Source: Endomicrobiia bacterium
GTDB taxonomy: Bacteria > Elusimicrobiota > Endomicrobiia > DTEH01
Length of the DNA stretch: 64,000 bases
Assembly (NCBI GenBank): GCA_039630545.1
Contig: JBCNUU010000001.1
Coordinates: 160,001 to 224,000, forward strand
Direction of reading: 5' to 3'
In this document: positions 29,163 through 41,042 of the stretch, piece by piece
How positions within the stretch are numbered: the first letter of the stretch is position 1
Layout of the letters: each line of letters opens with the position of its first letter
Translations under genes and position numbers: made by a program
The notes under the pieces: model-generated
Database searches by the model: none
What the model was told of the DNA's origin: nothing
What the model saw: the letters and a program-made list of their open reading frames with translations, nothing else

Positions 29163-30752
29163 ATGTCTAAGCAATACTTAATTAGTTTTTTTTTGAATTT
29201 ATTGTCAGGTATTCTTTTCTTTTTATCTTTTCCTAAATTTGGTCATGGTATTTTTGCTTGGTTTTGTTTTGTTCCGTCTTTACTTGTACTATTTTATTTA
29301 AAAAATACCCAGGTAAGTTTGAAAAAAATATTTCTTTTAGGTGTAGCATTTGGTATAGCTGGATATTGCGGATTACTTTATTGGATTGTTCCTACCTTTG
29401 TTGTAGCTGGAGAAAATGTTATTTTTGGTGTTATTGCAGTGATTTTGCTTAGCTTATATTGTAGCTTATATTATAGTTTATTTTATATTTTTTCGTTTTA
29501 TGTTCAAAAAATAAATTTATTTTTTTATTCTCTATTGTTATCTTGTTTGTGGATTTTGCTTGAATATTTAAAAAGTTTTCTTTTCAGTGGATTTCCATGG
29601 ATGTTGCTGGGATATTCACAATATGAGAATCTAAAAATGATACAGATTGCAGAATATTTTGGTGTATACGGAGTTAGTTTTATTTTGATATTTTTTAATG
29701 TTTTTTTAACGAGAGCTCTATATGAATTATTTTTGAAAAAGAAGTTTTTAGAATTCATTTTTAGAATATCTTTGTTGTCTTTTTTCATTTTATTAGTCAA
29801 TATATATGGCCACAATAGAATAAAAACAATCAATGAAAAAATAAAAAAAATTAACAATAAACTTACAGTAGCTATTCTGCAGGGAAACATTGATCAGTAT
29901 AAAAAGTGGGACAGACAATATATAGATTATATTATGAATACATATTCGGAACTCGTTTTTTTATCTCATAAAGAAATAGAAGAAAAAAAACATAATTTAG
30001 TACTTTATATCTGGCCTGAGAGTTCAGCACCAGGATGTGTACTGCAAGAAGATTACTTATATAACTGGATAGTGTCTCTTGTAAAGTTAACAAATACTAA
30101 AAAAATTATTTCATACCATCTAGTTGGAAGTATAAGAAAAGGAAATAAGAAAGATGAGTACTATAACTCAGCCATGTTATTTGAATTTAAAAATTCTAAA
30201 GTAATAGTTAGACAGATATATGATAAAATTCATTTGGTTCCATTTGGAGAATATGTGCCTTTAAGAAGTGTTTTAGGCAAATTTATAAGTACTGTAAATG
30301 AACTTGGTGAATTTACAGAAGGGAAGAGAAATGTTGTTTTTAGGTTAAATGCTAAAGAAATGAGATTTTCTACTCTTATTTGTTATGAAAGTGTTTTTCC
30401 AGAGTTAACTAAAAAATTTGTTATTAATGGAGCTAAATTTTTAGTTAATATTACTAATGATGCATGGTTTCTTAAAACATCAGCTCCTTATCAACATTTT
30501 ATTTTTAATATATTTAGAGCAATAGAAAATAGGTGCTACTTGATTAGAGCAGCTAACACAGGAATTTCTTCTATAATTTATCCAACTGGTTATGTTTATA
30601 AAAAAACTAATTTATTTGAAACAACAAAAATTGTAGATGTTATTAATATCTACCATGAAGATACTTTTTATACTAAATATGGTGAATATTTGTGGCTAAT
30701 GTATTTAGCTGGGTTTTTATTATTAACCATTTTTCTTTATAAAAAAACATGA
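29163..30752 (+). CDS. lnt: Apolipoprotein N-acyltransferase
   Basis: GFPWMLLGYSQ, QGNIDQ..KW, WPES, YDKIHLVPFGEY, LICYES, NITNDAWF, RAANTGIS. Confidence 0.96.
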   Translation: MSKQYLISFFLNLLSGILFFLSFPKFGHGIFAWFCFVPSLLVLFYLKNTQVSLKKIFLLGVAFGIAGYCGLLYWIVPTFVVAGENVIFGVIAVILLSLYCSLYYSLFYIFSFYVQKINLFFYSLLLSCLWILLEYLKSFLFSGFPWMLLGYSQYENLKMIQIAEYFGVYGVSFILIFFNVFLTRALYELFLKKKFLEFIFRISLLSFFILLVNIYGHNRIKTINEKIKKINNKLTVAILQGNIDQYKKWDRQYIDYIMNTYSELVFLSHKEIEEKKHNLVLYIWPESSAPGCVLQEDYLYNWIVSLVKLTNTKKIISYHLVGSIRKGNKKDEYYNSAMLFEFKNSKVIVRQIYDKIHLVPFGEYVPLRSVLGKFISTVNELGEFTEGKRNVVFRLNAKEMRFSTLICYESVFPELTKKFVINGAKFLVNITNDAWFLKTSAPYQHFIFNIFRAIENRCYLIRAANTGISSIIYPTGYVYKKTNLFETTKIVDVINIYHEDTFYTKYGEYLWLMYLAGFLLLTIFLYKKT

Positions 30753-31210
30753 AGGTTCAACTCACATTAATCTCAATATCTGCCCTAGCTTGGATATATT
30801 TCAATAAGATTATTAAATCTGACATGTTTGTTTTTAGATGATGTCCAGTATAAAAAATGGATGGCAAAATAGAAACAAAATAAAATCTTCAAAATAGAAA
30901 AACTCCTTAATGTATATTTAGGAATTAAAAGGAAAGTAATAAGTTTTCATCTCTTAAAGTAGAAAACTAAAAAAACTTTAAAATTAGTAAATACATGTAA
31001 AAGTCTTTCTTCTTGCATATATATTTCAGTAAGCGCTGTTAAAGGAATGTTTAGTTTTGGATAAATTCAAAAGATACAATATAGATGTATTTTTTCAAAA
31101 TTATACTACTTCAGTATATTCTTAGCTTTATAGAGAGTTTATACCAAATCTTTCTATAATAGAGATGATTTTTAATGTAAGAAAAGAAGAAACTCTTAAA
31201 TATTATAAGC
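30749..31210 (+). pseudogene. WbqC-family pseudogene
   Basis: Fragments across shifting frames: H*SQYLP*LGY / FNKIIKSDMFVF / LDDVQYKK / GWQNRNKIKS ... KTLKLVNTCKSL ... FFQNY...[19 protein letters not shown]. Confidence 0.8.
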
Positions 31211-31212
31211 AT

Positions 31213-32080
31213 ATGATACAGCATTTAAAACTTTAAATTGTAGAATGAATTTTTTTCTTTATAAAAGCATAAAATAAATCTTAAAATCAGCTCAACTTTC
31301 CGAAGAAGAATTTGTAAATGGATTTGGGGAACTGTTATGTAAATTTTTTCAAAACAAAATATAGCATATGTGTTTCTTAAGAAAGCGTAGATTTATATTT
31401 AGCACTTTAAAGTTTAAGTATAGGAAAAAGTTGTGATGTGATAATCTCTTCTTATAGTTGCTTTTGGCAGTTATTAATAGTGTTCTTTAAACTAGCGAAA
31501 TCCTATAATTGCTAATTGTGAATATGGACACCTTACTTATTTGGATATCCAACTGAAGATATTAGATTTAGGAATTCCAGTAATAGAAGATACTGCTCAA
31601 ATTAAATTGTCAGTACAAAAATTAATGGAAAGTTTGTAGTTAATTTTGGAGTAATAAATACGATTTTTTTTATGCAACTAAAATGTTTACGACTTTTGGA
31701 GAAGGTGATGCTTTTTTAACCAATTATTAAAAAATATGAATTTATAAAAGACATAAAGAGTTATGACAAAAAATATAGTTTTTTTGTGTACAGGATGATT
31801 TTAAAATATCAAAAATTCAAGCACTTAAGAGATTAATTCAACTTAAAAATATCTATATAATAAAAAAAGAAAAAATTTTTTTAATGCTACAAAAATAGAT
31901 TTAAAAATTGTAATAATATAAAAATATTCACTTTGTTGAGTAATATAGAAACAGTATTTTACAGATTTAAATTATAGAAAACAAAAAACATATAAAGTAG
32001 TTGAATATAAAAAGTGACGGAATCAGTGTATCTTCCTTTATATAAATATTATTCAGACAGTATAGAGTTTTCTGGAAACA
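31213..32080 (+). pseudogene. DegT/DnrJ/EryC1/StrS aminotransferase pseudogene
   Basis: Fragments: ILKSAQLSEEEFV..., SLSIGKSCDVIISSYSC, PYLFGYP, LGIPVIEDTAQ, FYATKMFTTFGEGD, TVFYRF, SVYLPLYKYY, with many stops and frameshifts. Confidence 0.78.
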
Positions 32081-32375
32081 TTCCAAGAAGAAACACCCAA
32101 ATATGCAATACTGCACCTCTTGCATTATTAGTTCAAATATTTACTACTTTAGTAGTAGTATTTTTTGAATTTAAAATCACAACTTTACCTATTGGGTTTT
32201 CTATTGAAAAAAGTTCTGTGGGTTTAATTTTGTTAGTAAGTTTCTGTACAGGTTTTTATTCAATAATTATAAGATACGCCTGTATAAATAATTTTGTTGC
32301 TTCTTTGATACTATTTCAAGTTTTTTTAATTTTTTGTATAATATCACTGATAATGTACGCTGGGAGAGAAAAGAC

Positions 32376-32903
32376 ATGAAAAAGAAATGTCTTAAAATAA
32401 CTGCTATACTAGTTTTAATTTTTTCATTATTGATTTCTAATTTATTTTCTTCTTCATGGAGTTCATCTAAAAACAATTCCTGTGTAATAGTTAAGGAAAT
32501 TCATGAACAAGAAGATGTGGATTCCTTAGTTTTTACTTCAAAAAGAAAAGTTTTAACTAAAAAATCTCCTTTTGTAGCCTTGTTTTTAGCTTTGGTTCCT
32601 GGATTTTTCATTCATGGTCTTGGACATTTTTATGCTGGCAAACCGTTGATAGGTAGTGTATTGCTAATATGTGGTGTGGTAGGCACTGTAATGTTAATTA
32701 CAGGGATAGTAATGGTATGGTTTTCGGGTGCTATTTTAAGTCCCGGAATTATAGTTTCTATTTTAACAGGAACAAATATTTTTGTTTCCGAAACTGTGAC
32801 AGGAATGGTTTTAGGTGTAGAATTAATTAAGTATGGAAGTATTTTGTTTATTGGAAGTTGGTGGATAGATATAATAGGTGCCTATTCATTGTGGGTTATA
32901 TAA
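32376..32903 (+). CDS. TM2-domain-like membrane protein with signal peptide
   Basis: KKSPFVALFLALVPG..HGLGHFYAGK motif plus hydrophobic helices. ATG 32376 preferred. The C-terminus may be frameshifted. Confidence 0.65.
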   Translation: MKKKCLKITAILVLIFSLLISNLFSSSWSSSKNNSCVIVKEIHEQEDVDSLVFTSKRKVLTKKSPFVALFLALVPGFFIHGLGHFYAGKPLIGSVLLICGVVGTVMLITGIVMVWFSGAILSPGIIVSILTGTNIFVSETVTGMVLGVELIKYGSILFIGSWWIDIIGAYSLWVI

Positions 32904-32990
32904 CAGGAAAATAGATACTCAACCAATAAAAACTGACTATTCTATGCCGTTGCTTCTAGTAAAATTTTAAATCTACAGGAGGACAAATTT

Positions 32991-33452
32991 ATGTGCGCTA
33001 AAATTTATGAGGGTAAACTCACAGGTAAAGACAAAAAAATATGTATAGTGGTTTCAAGGTTTAATGATTTTATCACTAAAAATATGTTAGAAGGAGCCAT
33101 TGATACTTTAATAAGACATGAAGTAAAACAGGATGACATAGATATTGTCTGGGTACCAGGGAGTTTTGAAATTCCTTATATATGTAAACGGATAGCTTTA
33201 AGCAAAAAATATGATGGGATTATAACAATTGGTGCTATAATAAAAGGTGATACTTCTCATAATGAGTATATAGCTACTGAAGTAACAAAAGGTATAGCAC
33301 AGGTGATGTTAGAAACAAATGTCCCTATTGCTTATGGAATAATTACACCTGATAACTTAGAACAGGCAATTGAGAGAGCTGGAACCAAGCATGGTAACAA
33401 AGGTTCCCAGGCAGCTTTAACACTTTTAGAACTTATAAATTTAAATATTTGA
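32991..33452 (+). CDS. ribH: 6,7-dimethyl-8-ribityllumazine synthase
   Basis: VVSRFNDFIT, WVPGSFEIP, GAIIKGDTSH, QAIERAGTKHGNKG; RBS AGGAGG. Confidence 0.97.
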   Translation: MCAKIYEGKLTGKDKKICIVVSRFNDFITKNMLEGAIDTLIRHEVKQDDIDIVWVPGSFEIPYICKRIALSKKYDGIITIGAIIKGDTSHNEYIATEVTKGIAQVMLETNVPIAYGIITPDNLEQAIERAGTKHGNKGSQAALTLLELINLNI

Positions 33453-33465
33453 AAAAAATAGATAA

Positions 33466-36034
<2,569 letters not shown>

Positions 36035-36062
36035 TTTTTTACCTCATCTTCAAGTACTCTAA

Positions 36063-37109
36063 ATGAGCACTATCCTATATTTCATTAAAACTGCTAACAA
36101 AGAGAGTTTTAAGAAAATTCTGGAGAAAATAGATCTTGGATTTATAGATAAAAAAGAATTTGTAGCTTTAAAAACACATTTTGGTGAAAAAGGTTGTGAT
36201 ACTTTTGTACCTTCGGATATGTATAGACCCCTTGTAGATATATTGCTTAAAAAAGAGACACTACCATTTTTTACAGACACAAATACAATTTATACAGGGA
36301 AAAGAGCAAATGCTATAGAACATCTAAAATTAGCAGCTGAGCATGGTTTCAGCTTAAATAAGTTAGGTGTTCCTGTAGTTATAGCAGATGGCTTAAAAGG
36401 TAATGATTATGTAGAAGTAGAAATAAATCTTAAAAATTTTAAAAAAGCAAAAATTGCTTCATGGATTTATTATTCTGATGTCATTATCTGTTTGACACAT
36501 TTTAAAGGTCATATGTTGTTTGGTTTTGGTGGGACACTTAAAAACTTAGGTATGGGTTGTGCAGCAAGGCCTGGCAAGTATTTACTTCATAATGTTTTAA
36601 AACCAAACTTAAAACTGGAAAGATGTATAAGATGTGGAAAGTGTGTTGTTTTTTGTCCGGCAGGAGCTTTAAGTTTAGAAAAAGACAAAAATATTACTCT
36701 TAACTATTCAAGATGTACAGGCTGTGGTGAATGTATTCATACATGTGCATATAAAGTATTTAGCATACCATGGGATTTGTCATATAAAGAAGTCCAGGAG
36801 AGGACGGTAGAATATGCATATGCTGCTGTAAAGAACAAAAAAGTTTTGTTTATTAATTTTCTTTTAAATATTACAAAAGACTGTGATTGTATAAACAAAC
36901 AACAAAGGCCTATAATTAAAGATATAGGAATTGTCATAGGTAGTGACCCTGTTGCTTTAGATTTTGCATCTTTGCAGATGGTTAATTTTTATTATGGAAA
37001 GGATCTTTTTAAAGAACTTTGGCCAGAAATAGATTATTTGTATCAAATTGATTATGCTGAAAAAATAGGTTTGGGCAGAAGAGAATATAAAATAGTAGAG
37101 GTAGAATAA
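36063..37109 (+). CDS. DUF362 family protein with 2[4Fe-4S] ferredoxin insert
   Basis: KTHFGEKG, THFKGH..GFGGTLKNLGMG, CIRCGKCVVFCP and CTGCGECIHTC, DPVALD. Confidence 0.85.
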   Translation: MSTILYFIKTANKESFKKILEKIDLGFIDKKEFVALKTHFGEKGCDTFVPSDMYRPLVDILLKKETLPFFTDTNTIYTGKRANAIEHLKLAAEHGFSLNKLGVPVVIADGLKGNDYVEVEINLKNFKKAKIASWIYYSDVIICLTHFKGHMLFGFGGTLKNLGMGCAARPGKYLLHNVLKPNLKLERCIRCGKCVVFCPAGALSLEKDKNITLNYSRCTGCGECIHTCAYKVFSIPWDLSYKEVQERTVEYAYAAVKNKKVLFINFLLNITKDCDCINKQQRPIIKDIGIVIGSDPVALDFASLQMVNFYYGKDLFKELWPEIDYLYQIDYAEKIGLGRREYKIVEVE

Positions 37110-37115
37110 ACTTTT

Positions 37116-37586
37116 ATGGAAGATAAACCAAAATTTATAGTAGATTTTATGTGTGGAAGATTAGCGAAATGGTTAAGAATTTTAGGATATGATGCTTATT
37201 TTTTTAATGACACATCAAGAAATAAAATTTTAATTGAAAGTTTAAAAACTCAAAGAATAATTTTGACACGAGATACTCGTTTGAGTAAAAAAAAGGCATA
37301 TAAAATTATTCTTATTAGTTCTGATAAAATAAGGCAGCAAATAAAACAGGTAATAAAAGAACTAAACTTAAAACTAAATCCTGAAGAATTTTTTAGTATA
37401 TGCTCTATTTGTAATAGAAAAATAGAAAAAATAGAAAATAAACAAGAAATAAAAGAAACAGTTCCTATATATGTATATGAAACTGCTAAAGAATTTTATA
37501 AATGTCCTGAATGCAACAGAATTTATTGGCAAGGATCTCATTATGAATTGTTTTTAAAAGAGATTGAAAAAATCCTTCAAAAATGA
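37116..37586 (+). CDS. Mut7-C RNase domain protein
   Basis: FIVDFMCGRLAKWLRILGYD, ILTRD, CSICN...CPECNRIYWQGSH. Confidence 0.9.
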   Translation: MEDKPKFIVDFMCGRLAKWLRILGYDAYFFNDTSRNKILIESLKTQRIILTRDTRLSKKKAYKIILISSDKIRQQIKQVIKELNLKLNPEEFFSICSICNRKIEKIENKQEIKETVPIYVYETAKEFYKCPECNRIYWQGSHYELFLKEIEKILQK

Positions 37587-37641
37587 TAATTTTAACCTCT
37601 GTTACTATATTCTTAAAGAAAGAATACTAATAAGTAATGTA

Positions 37642-38766
37642 ATGAAAGTTCCATTTATTAATTTATCCGCAACTGAAAAGTCCATAAATAACATTATAAA
37701 AAGAAAAATTCTTCAAGTAATAAAAAGAAAAGATTTTATATTGGGTAAAGAAGTTAAACAATTTGAAGAAAATTTTTCTAAATATATTGGATGTAAATAT
37801 ACCGTAGGTGTAGCTTCTGGTTCGGCAGCTTTATTTCTATCATTAAAAGCACTGGATATTAAACCAGGGGATTATGTTGTTACAACACCTTTTACATTCA
37901 CAGCTACAGCTGAATGTATTGTACATTGTAATGCTAAAATTGTATTTGCTGATATAGATGAGAAAACATATAATATTTCTGTAGAGGAAATACACAAATG
38001 TGTAGACAAATTTAAAAGAAAAATTAAGGCAATTATTCCTGTTCATTTATATGGTCTACCATGTGAGATGTACAAAATTATGGAGATATCTAGAGAGTAT
38101 GACATAAAAGTAATTGAAGATGCAGCACAAGCTCACGGAGCTATGTATAATTTCAATGGGTTAAAAAAAATAGTTGGTTCCATAGGTGATACTGGTTGTT
38201 TTAGTTTTTATCCAACAAAAAATTTAAGCTGTTACGGTGACGGTGGAGCAATTACAACTAATGAAGATGAAATATATCACAAGTTGTTAAAGTTGAGAAA
38301 TCATGGAAGAGAAAAACACTATTTTTATAGCCAAATAGGATTTAATTCTCGTTTAGATAATCTTCAGGCAGCTATCCTGTTGGTAAAACTAAAATATTTA
38401 GATAAATGGAATAAAGAACGACAAAAAATAGCTAAAATTTATACTGAAGAACTTAAAGGTGTAGGAGATATAATCACACCTTATATTTCAGACAATGCCA
38501 CTCATGTTTTTCATTTATATGTTATAAGAACAAAACAAAGAGACAAGTTGATGAATTATTTACTTTCAAAAAACATAGGTTGTGCCATCCAGTATGGTGT
38601 ACCTTTACATTTACAACCAGCTTATAAAGGGCTATACGAAACAGCAAACACTTTGACGACTTCAGAAAGAATTTCAAATGAAGTTTTAAGTTTACCTCTT
38701 TATCCTGGTATTAAAGAGTTAGAGTTAGAATGCGTAATAGATTCTATAAAAAAATTTTTCAAGTAA
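37642..38766 (+). CDS. DegT/DnrJ/EryC1/StrS family sugar aminotransferase
   Basis: MKVPFINL start, PVHLYG, IEDAAQAHG, SFYPTKNL.CYGDGG, NSRLDNLQAA. Confidence 0.93.
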   Translation: MKVPFINLSATEKSINNIIKRKILQVIKRKDFILGKEVKQFEENFSKYIGCKYTVGVASGSAALFLSLKALDIKPGDYVVTTPFTFTATAECIVHCNAKIVFADIDEKTYNISVEEIHKCVDKFKRKIKAIIPVHLYGLPCEMYKIMEISREYDIKVIEDAAQAHGAMYNFNGLKKIVGSIGDTGCFSFYPTKNLSCYGDGGAITTNEDEIYHKLLKLRNHGREKHYFYSQIGFNSRLDNLQAAILLVKLKYLDKWNKERQKIAKIYTEELKGVGDIITPYISDNATHVFHLYVIRTKQRDKLMNYLLSKNIGCAIQYGVPLHLQPAYKGLYETANTLTTSERISNEVLSLPLYPGIKELELECVIDSIKKFFK

Positions 38767-38781
38767 GGGGGAAAATACATA

Positions 38782-39897
38782 ATGAACATTCTGGTTACAG
38801 GGGGTGCTGGTTTTATAGGTTCGTTTCTTGTTGATGAATTAGTTAGAAGAAAACATAGGGTTATAATATATGATGTTTTAGACAAACAGGTTCATCAAGA
38901 TAAACCGCCATATTATTTAAACAAGAAGGCATCTTTTATACAGGCAGATATTAGAGATTATAATAAACTTAAGCAGATAATTATAAATAACAAAATAGAC
39001 ACTATTTATCATTTAGCTGCAAAAGTTGGAGTTGGGCAGTCACAATATCAAATTAAAGAATATATGGATGTTAATGTAGGAGGGACAAGTAATTTATTAG
39101 ACATAATAGTAAACAACGAGATAAAAATTAAAAAACTCATAGTAGCTTCTTCTATGTCGACTTATGGCGAAGGGATGTATTATTGTAAAAAATGTAGAAT
39201 TACATTTCAGGGAGATCTTCGTCCTAAAGAACAGTTAGAAAAATGTTTTTGGGAAATAATGTGTCCTGAATGTGGAACTGTAACATCTCCCCAGCCAACA
39301 CCTGAAACTTCAAAACAAGTTTGTAATTCAATTTATGCCTTATCAAAAAAAGTTCAAGAAGAAATGTGTATGATTATAGGAAAAACTTATAATATTCCTG
39401 TTGTTGCCTTAAGATTTTTCAATGTCTTTGGTCCAAGGCAGTCACTTTCAAATCCATATACAGGTGTTGCAGCAATTTTTATGTCAAGAATAAAAAATAA
39501 CAAGCCTCCGGTTATATTTGAAGATGGTCTACAAACACGAGATTTTATTTATGTTACAGATGTAGTTCAAGCTTGTCTGCTTGCACTTAAACCTCAGGCA
39601 AATTTTAGAATTTATAATGTTGGTTGTGGAAAGCCGATTAAAATTTTAGATGTTGCAACTACAATTGCAAAACTCTGCAATAAAAATATCTCTCCAGAAA
39701 TTAGAAACAAGTATAGAAAAGGAGATATAAGACATTGTTTTTCTGACATAACTAGAATTAAAAAAGAATTAGGATTTAAGCCTAGGATAACATTTCTTGA
39801 AGGAATAAAAAAACTTGTTAGATGGGCTCAAACAACTCAAGCTAAAGATTTTTATAGTCAGGCAGAAAAAGAGTTAAAACAAAAAGGTTTAATTTGA
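38782..39897 (+). CDS. NAD-dependent nucleotide-sugar epimerase/dehydratase with CxxC...CxxC insert
   Basis: VTGGAGFIGS, HLAAKVGVGQS, YALSK, RFFNVFGPRQSLSNPYTGV. Confidence 0.9.
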   Translation: MNILVTGGAGFIGSFLVDELVRRKHRVIIYDVLDKQVHQDKPPYYLNKKASFIQADIRDYNKLKQIIINNKIDTIYHLAAKVGVGQSQYQIKEYMDVNVGGTSNLLDIIVNNEIKIKKLIVASSMSTYGEGMYYCKKCRITFQGDLRPKEQLEKCFWEIMCPECGTVTSPQPTPETSKQVCNSIYALSKKVQEEMCMIIGKTYNIPVVALRFFNVFGPRQSLSNPYTGVAAIFMSRIKNNKPPVIFEDGLQTRDFIYVTDVVQACLLALKPQANFRIYNVGCGKPIKILDVATTIAKLCNKNISPEIRNKYRKGDIRHCFSDITRIKKELGFKPRITFLEGIKKLVRWAQTTQAKDFYSQAEKELKQKGLI

Positions 39898-39920
39898 TTT
39901 TTATTTGATTTGTTTTATAT

Positions 39921-40952
39921 ATGAAAATTTTAGTTACTGGTAGTTGTGGTTTTATTGGGACAAACGTTTGTTTGTTTCATTTGAAACGTGGTGACGAAAT
40001 AGTTGGTTTGGATAATTTATCTCGTTGTGGAACAGAATTAAATCTTAACTTTCTTAAGAAGTATTCAAAATTTAAATTTTATAAAGCTGATATTAGACAT
40101 AGAGAAGTTGTTGATAAAATTTTTAAAAGTAATGGAAAGTTTGAAATTATATATCACCTTGCAGCGCAAGTTGCAGTAACCTTTTCAGTTGAAAATCCAA
40201 TCCAAGATTTTGAAGTCAACCTTTTAGGCACTTTGAATTTGCTTGAAGCTACACGGAAATATCAAGCCCAGGCATTTCTTATATTTGCTTCAACAAATAA
40301 AGTTTATGGCAGTATGGAGCATATAAGAATAAAAGAAAAAAATAGCAAGTATTATGCTGTTGATTATCCGAATGGCATTGATGAAAGTTTTAACCTTGAT
40401 TTTCATTCACCATATGGTTGCTCCAAAGGTTCTGCAGATCAGTATGTTAGAGATTATAGCAGAATATATGGACTAAATACAGTGGTATTTCGTCAATCAT
40501 GTATTTATGGGCCCTATCAATTTGGTATTGAAGATCAAGGGTGGGTGGCGTATTTTTGTATACAGGCGAATTTTAACAAACCTATTACAATTTATGGAGA
40601 TGGCAAACAGGTTAGAGATGTTTTGTACATTGACGATTTAATAAATGCGTATTGGCTTGCATATAAGAATAGAAATAAAGTTTCTGGAGAAGTTTTTAAT
40701 ATTGGAGGTGGAAAAAAGAATGTTTTAAGTATTGTTGAGTTTATAAAATATCTTGAAAAGAAATTTAATAAAAAAATTAAATATAAATATGCACCATGGC
40801 GTCCTGGTGATCAAAAATATTTTGTTTCAGACAACAAAAAGTTAAAAAAAATTTTGAACTGGCAACCAAGAGTAAATTTTGAAAAAGGTGTTGAAAAGCT
40901 TATATCATGGATTGAAAAAAATGAACAATCTATAAAAATGGTTATGGAATAA
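39921..40952 (+). CDS. CDP-paratose 2-epimerase-like SDR epimerase
   Basis: VTGSCGFIG, HLAAQVAVT, STNKVYG, FHSPYGCSKG, FRQSCIYG, EDQGWV, GKQVRDVL, WRPGDQ. Confidence 0.85.
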   Translation: MKILVTGSCGFIGTNVCLFHLKRGDEIVGLDNLSRCGTELNLNFLKKYSKFKFYKADIRHREVVDKIFKSNGKFEIIYHLAAQVAVTFSVENPIQDFEVNLLGTLNLLEATRKYQAQAFLIFASTNKVYGSMEHIRIKEKNSKYYAVDYPNGIDESFNLDFHSPYGCSKGSADQYVRDYSRIYGLNTVVFRQSCIYGPYQFGIEDQGWVAYFCIQANFNKPITIYGDGKQVRDVLYIDDLINAYWLAYKNRNKVSGEVFNIGGGKKNVLSIVEFIKYLEKKFNKKIKYKYAPWRPGDQKYFVSDNKKLKKILNWQPRVNFEKGVEKLISWIEKNEQSIKMVME

Positions 40953-41042
40953 AGTTATACTAAATTTTTTGCCAGAAGTTTTTATTTTTGAATTGTAATA
41001 ATAAAATTGTGATGAGATAGATATAAAAATTTTACCAAAAAA

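Noticed and set aside
31278..31320. ILKSAQLSEEEF fragment resembling a HicA toxin C-terminus
   Set aside because: It continues co-linearly into DegT N-terminal motifs, so it belongs to the aminotransferase pseudogene.
32014..32379. 121-aa ORF from the track
   Set aside because: Its start is the tail of the DegT pseudogene (SVYLPLYKYY) and the rest has no recognisable family. It is probably a chance open frame.
37564..37641. TTG-initiated N-terminal extension of the DegT gene
   Set aside because: Family homology begins at MKVPFINL (ATG 37642), and the extension overlaps the upstream gene.
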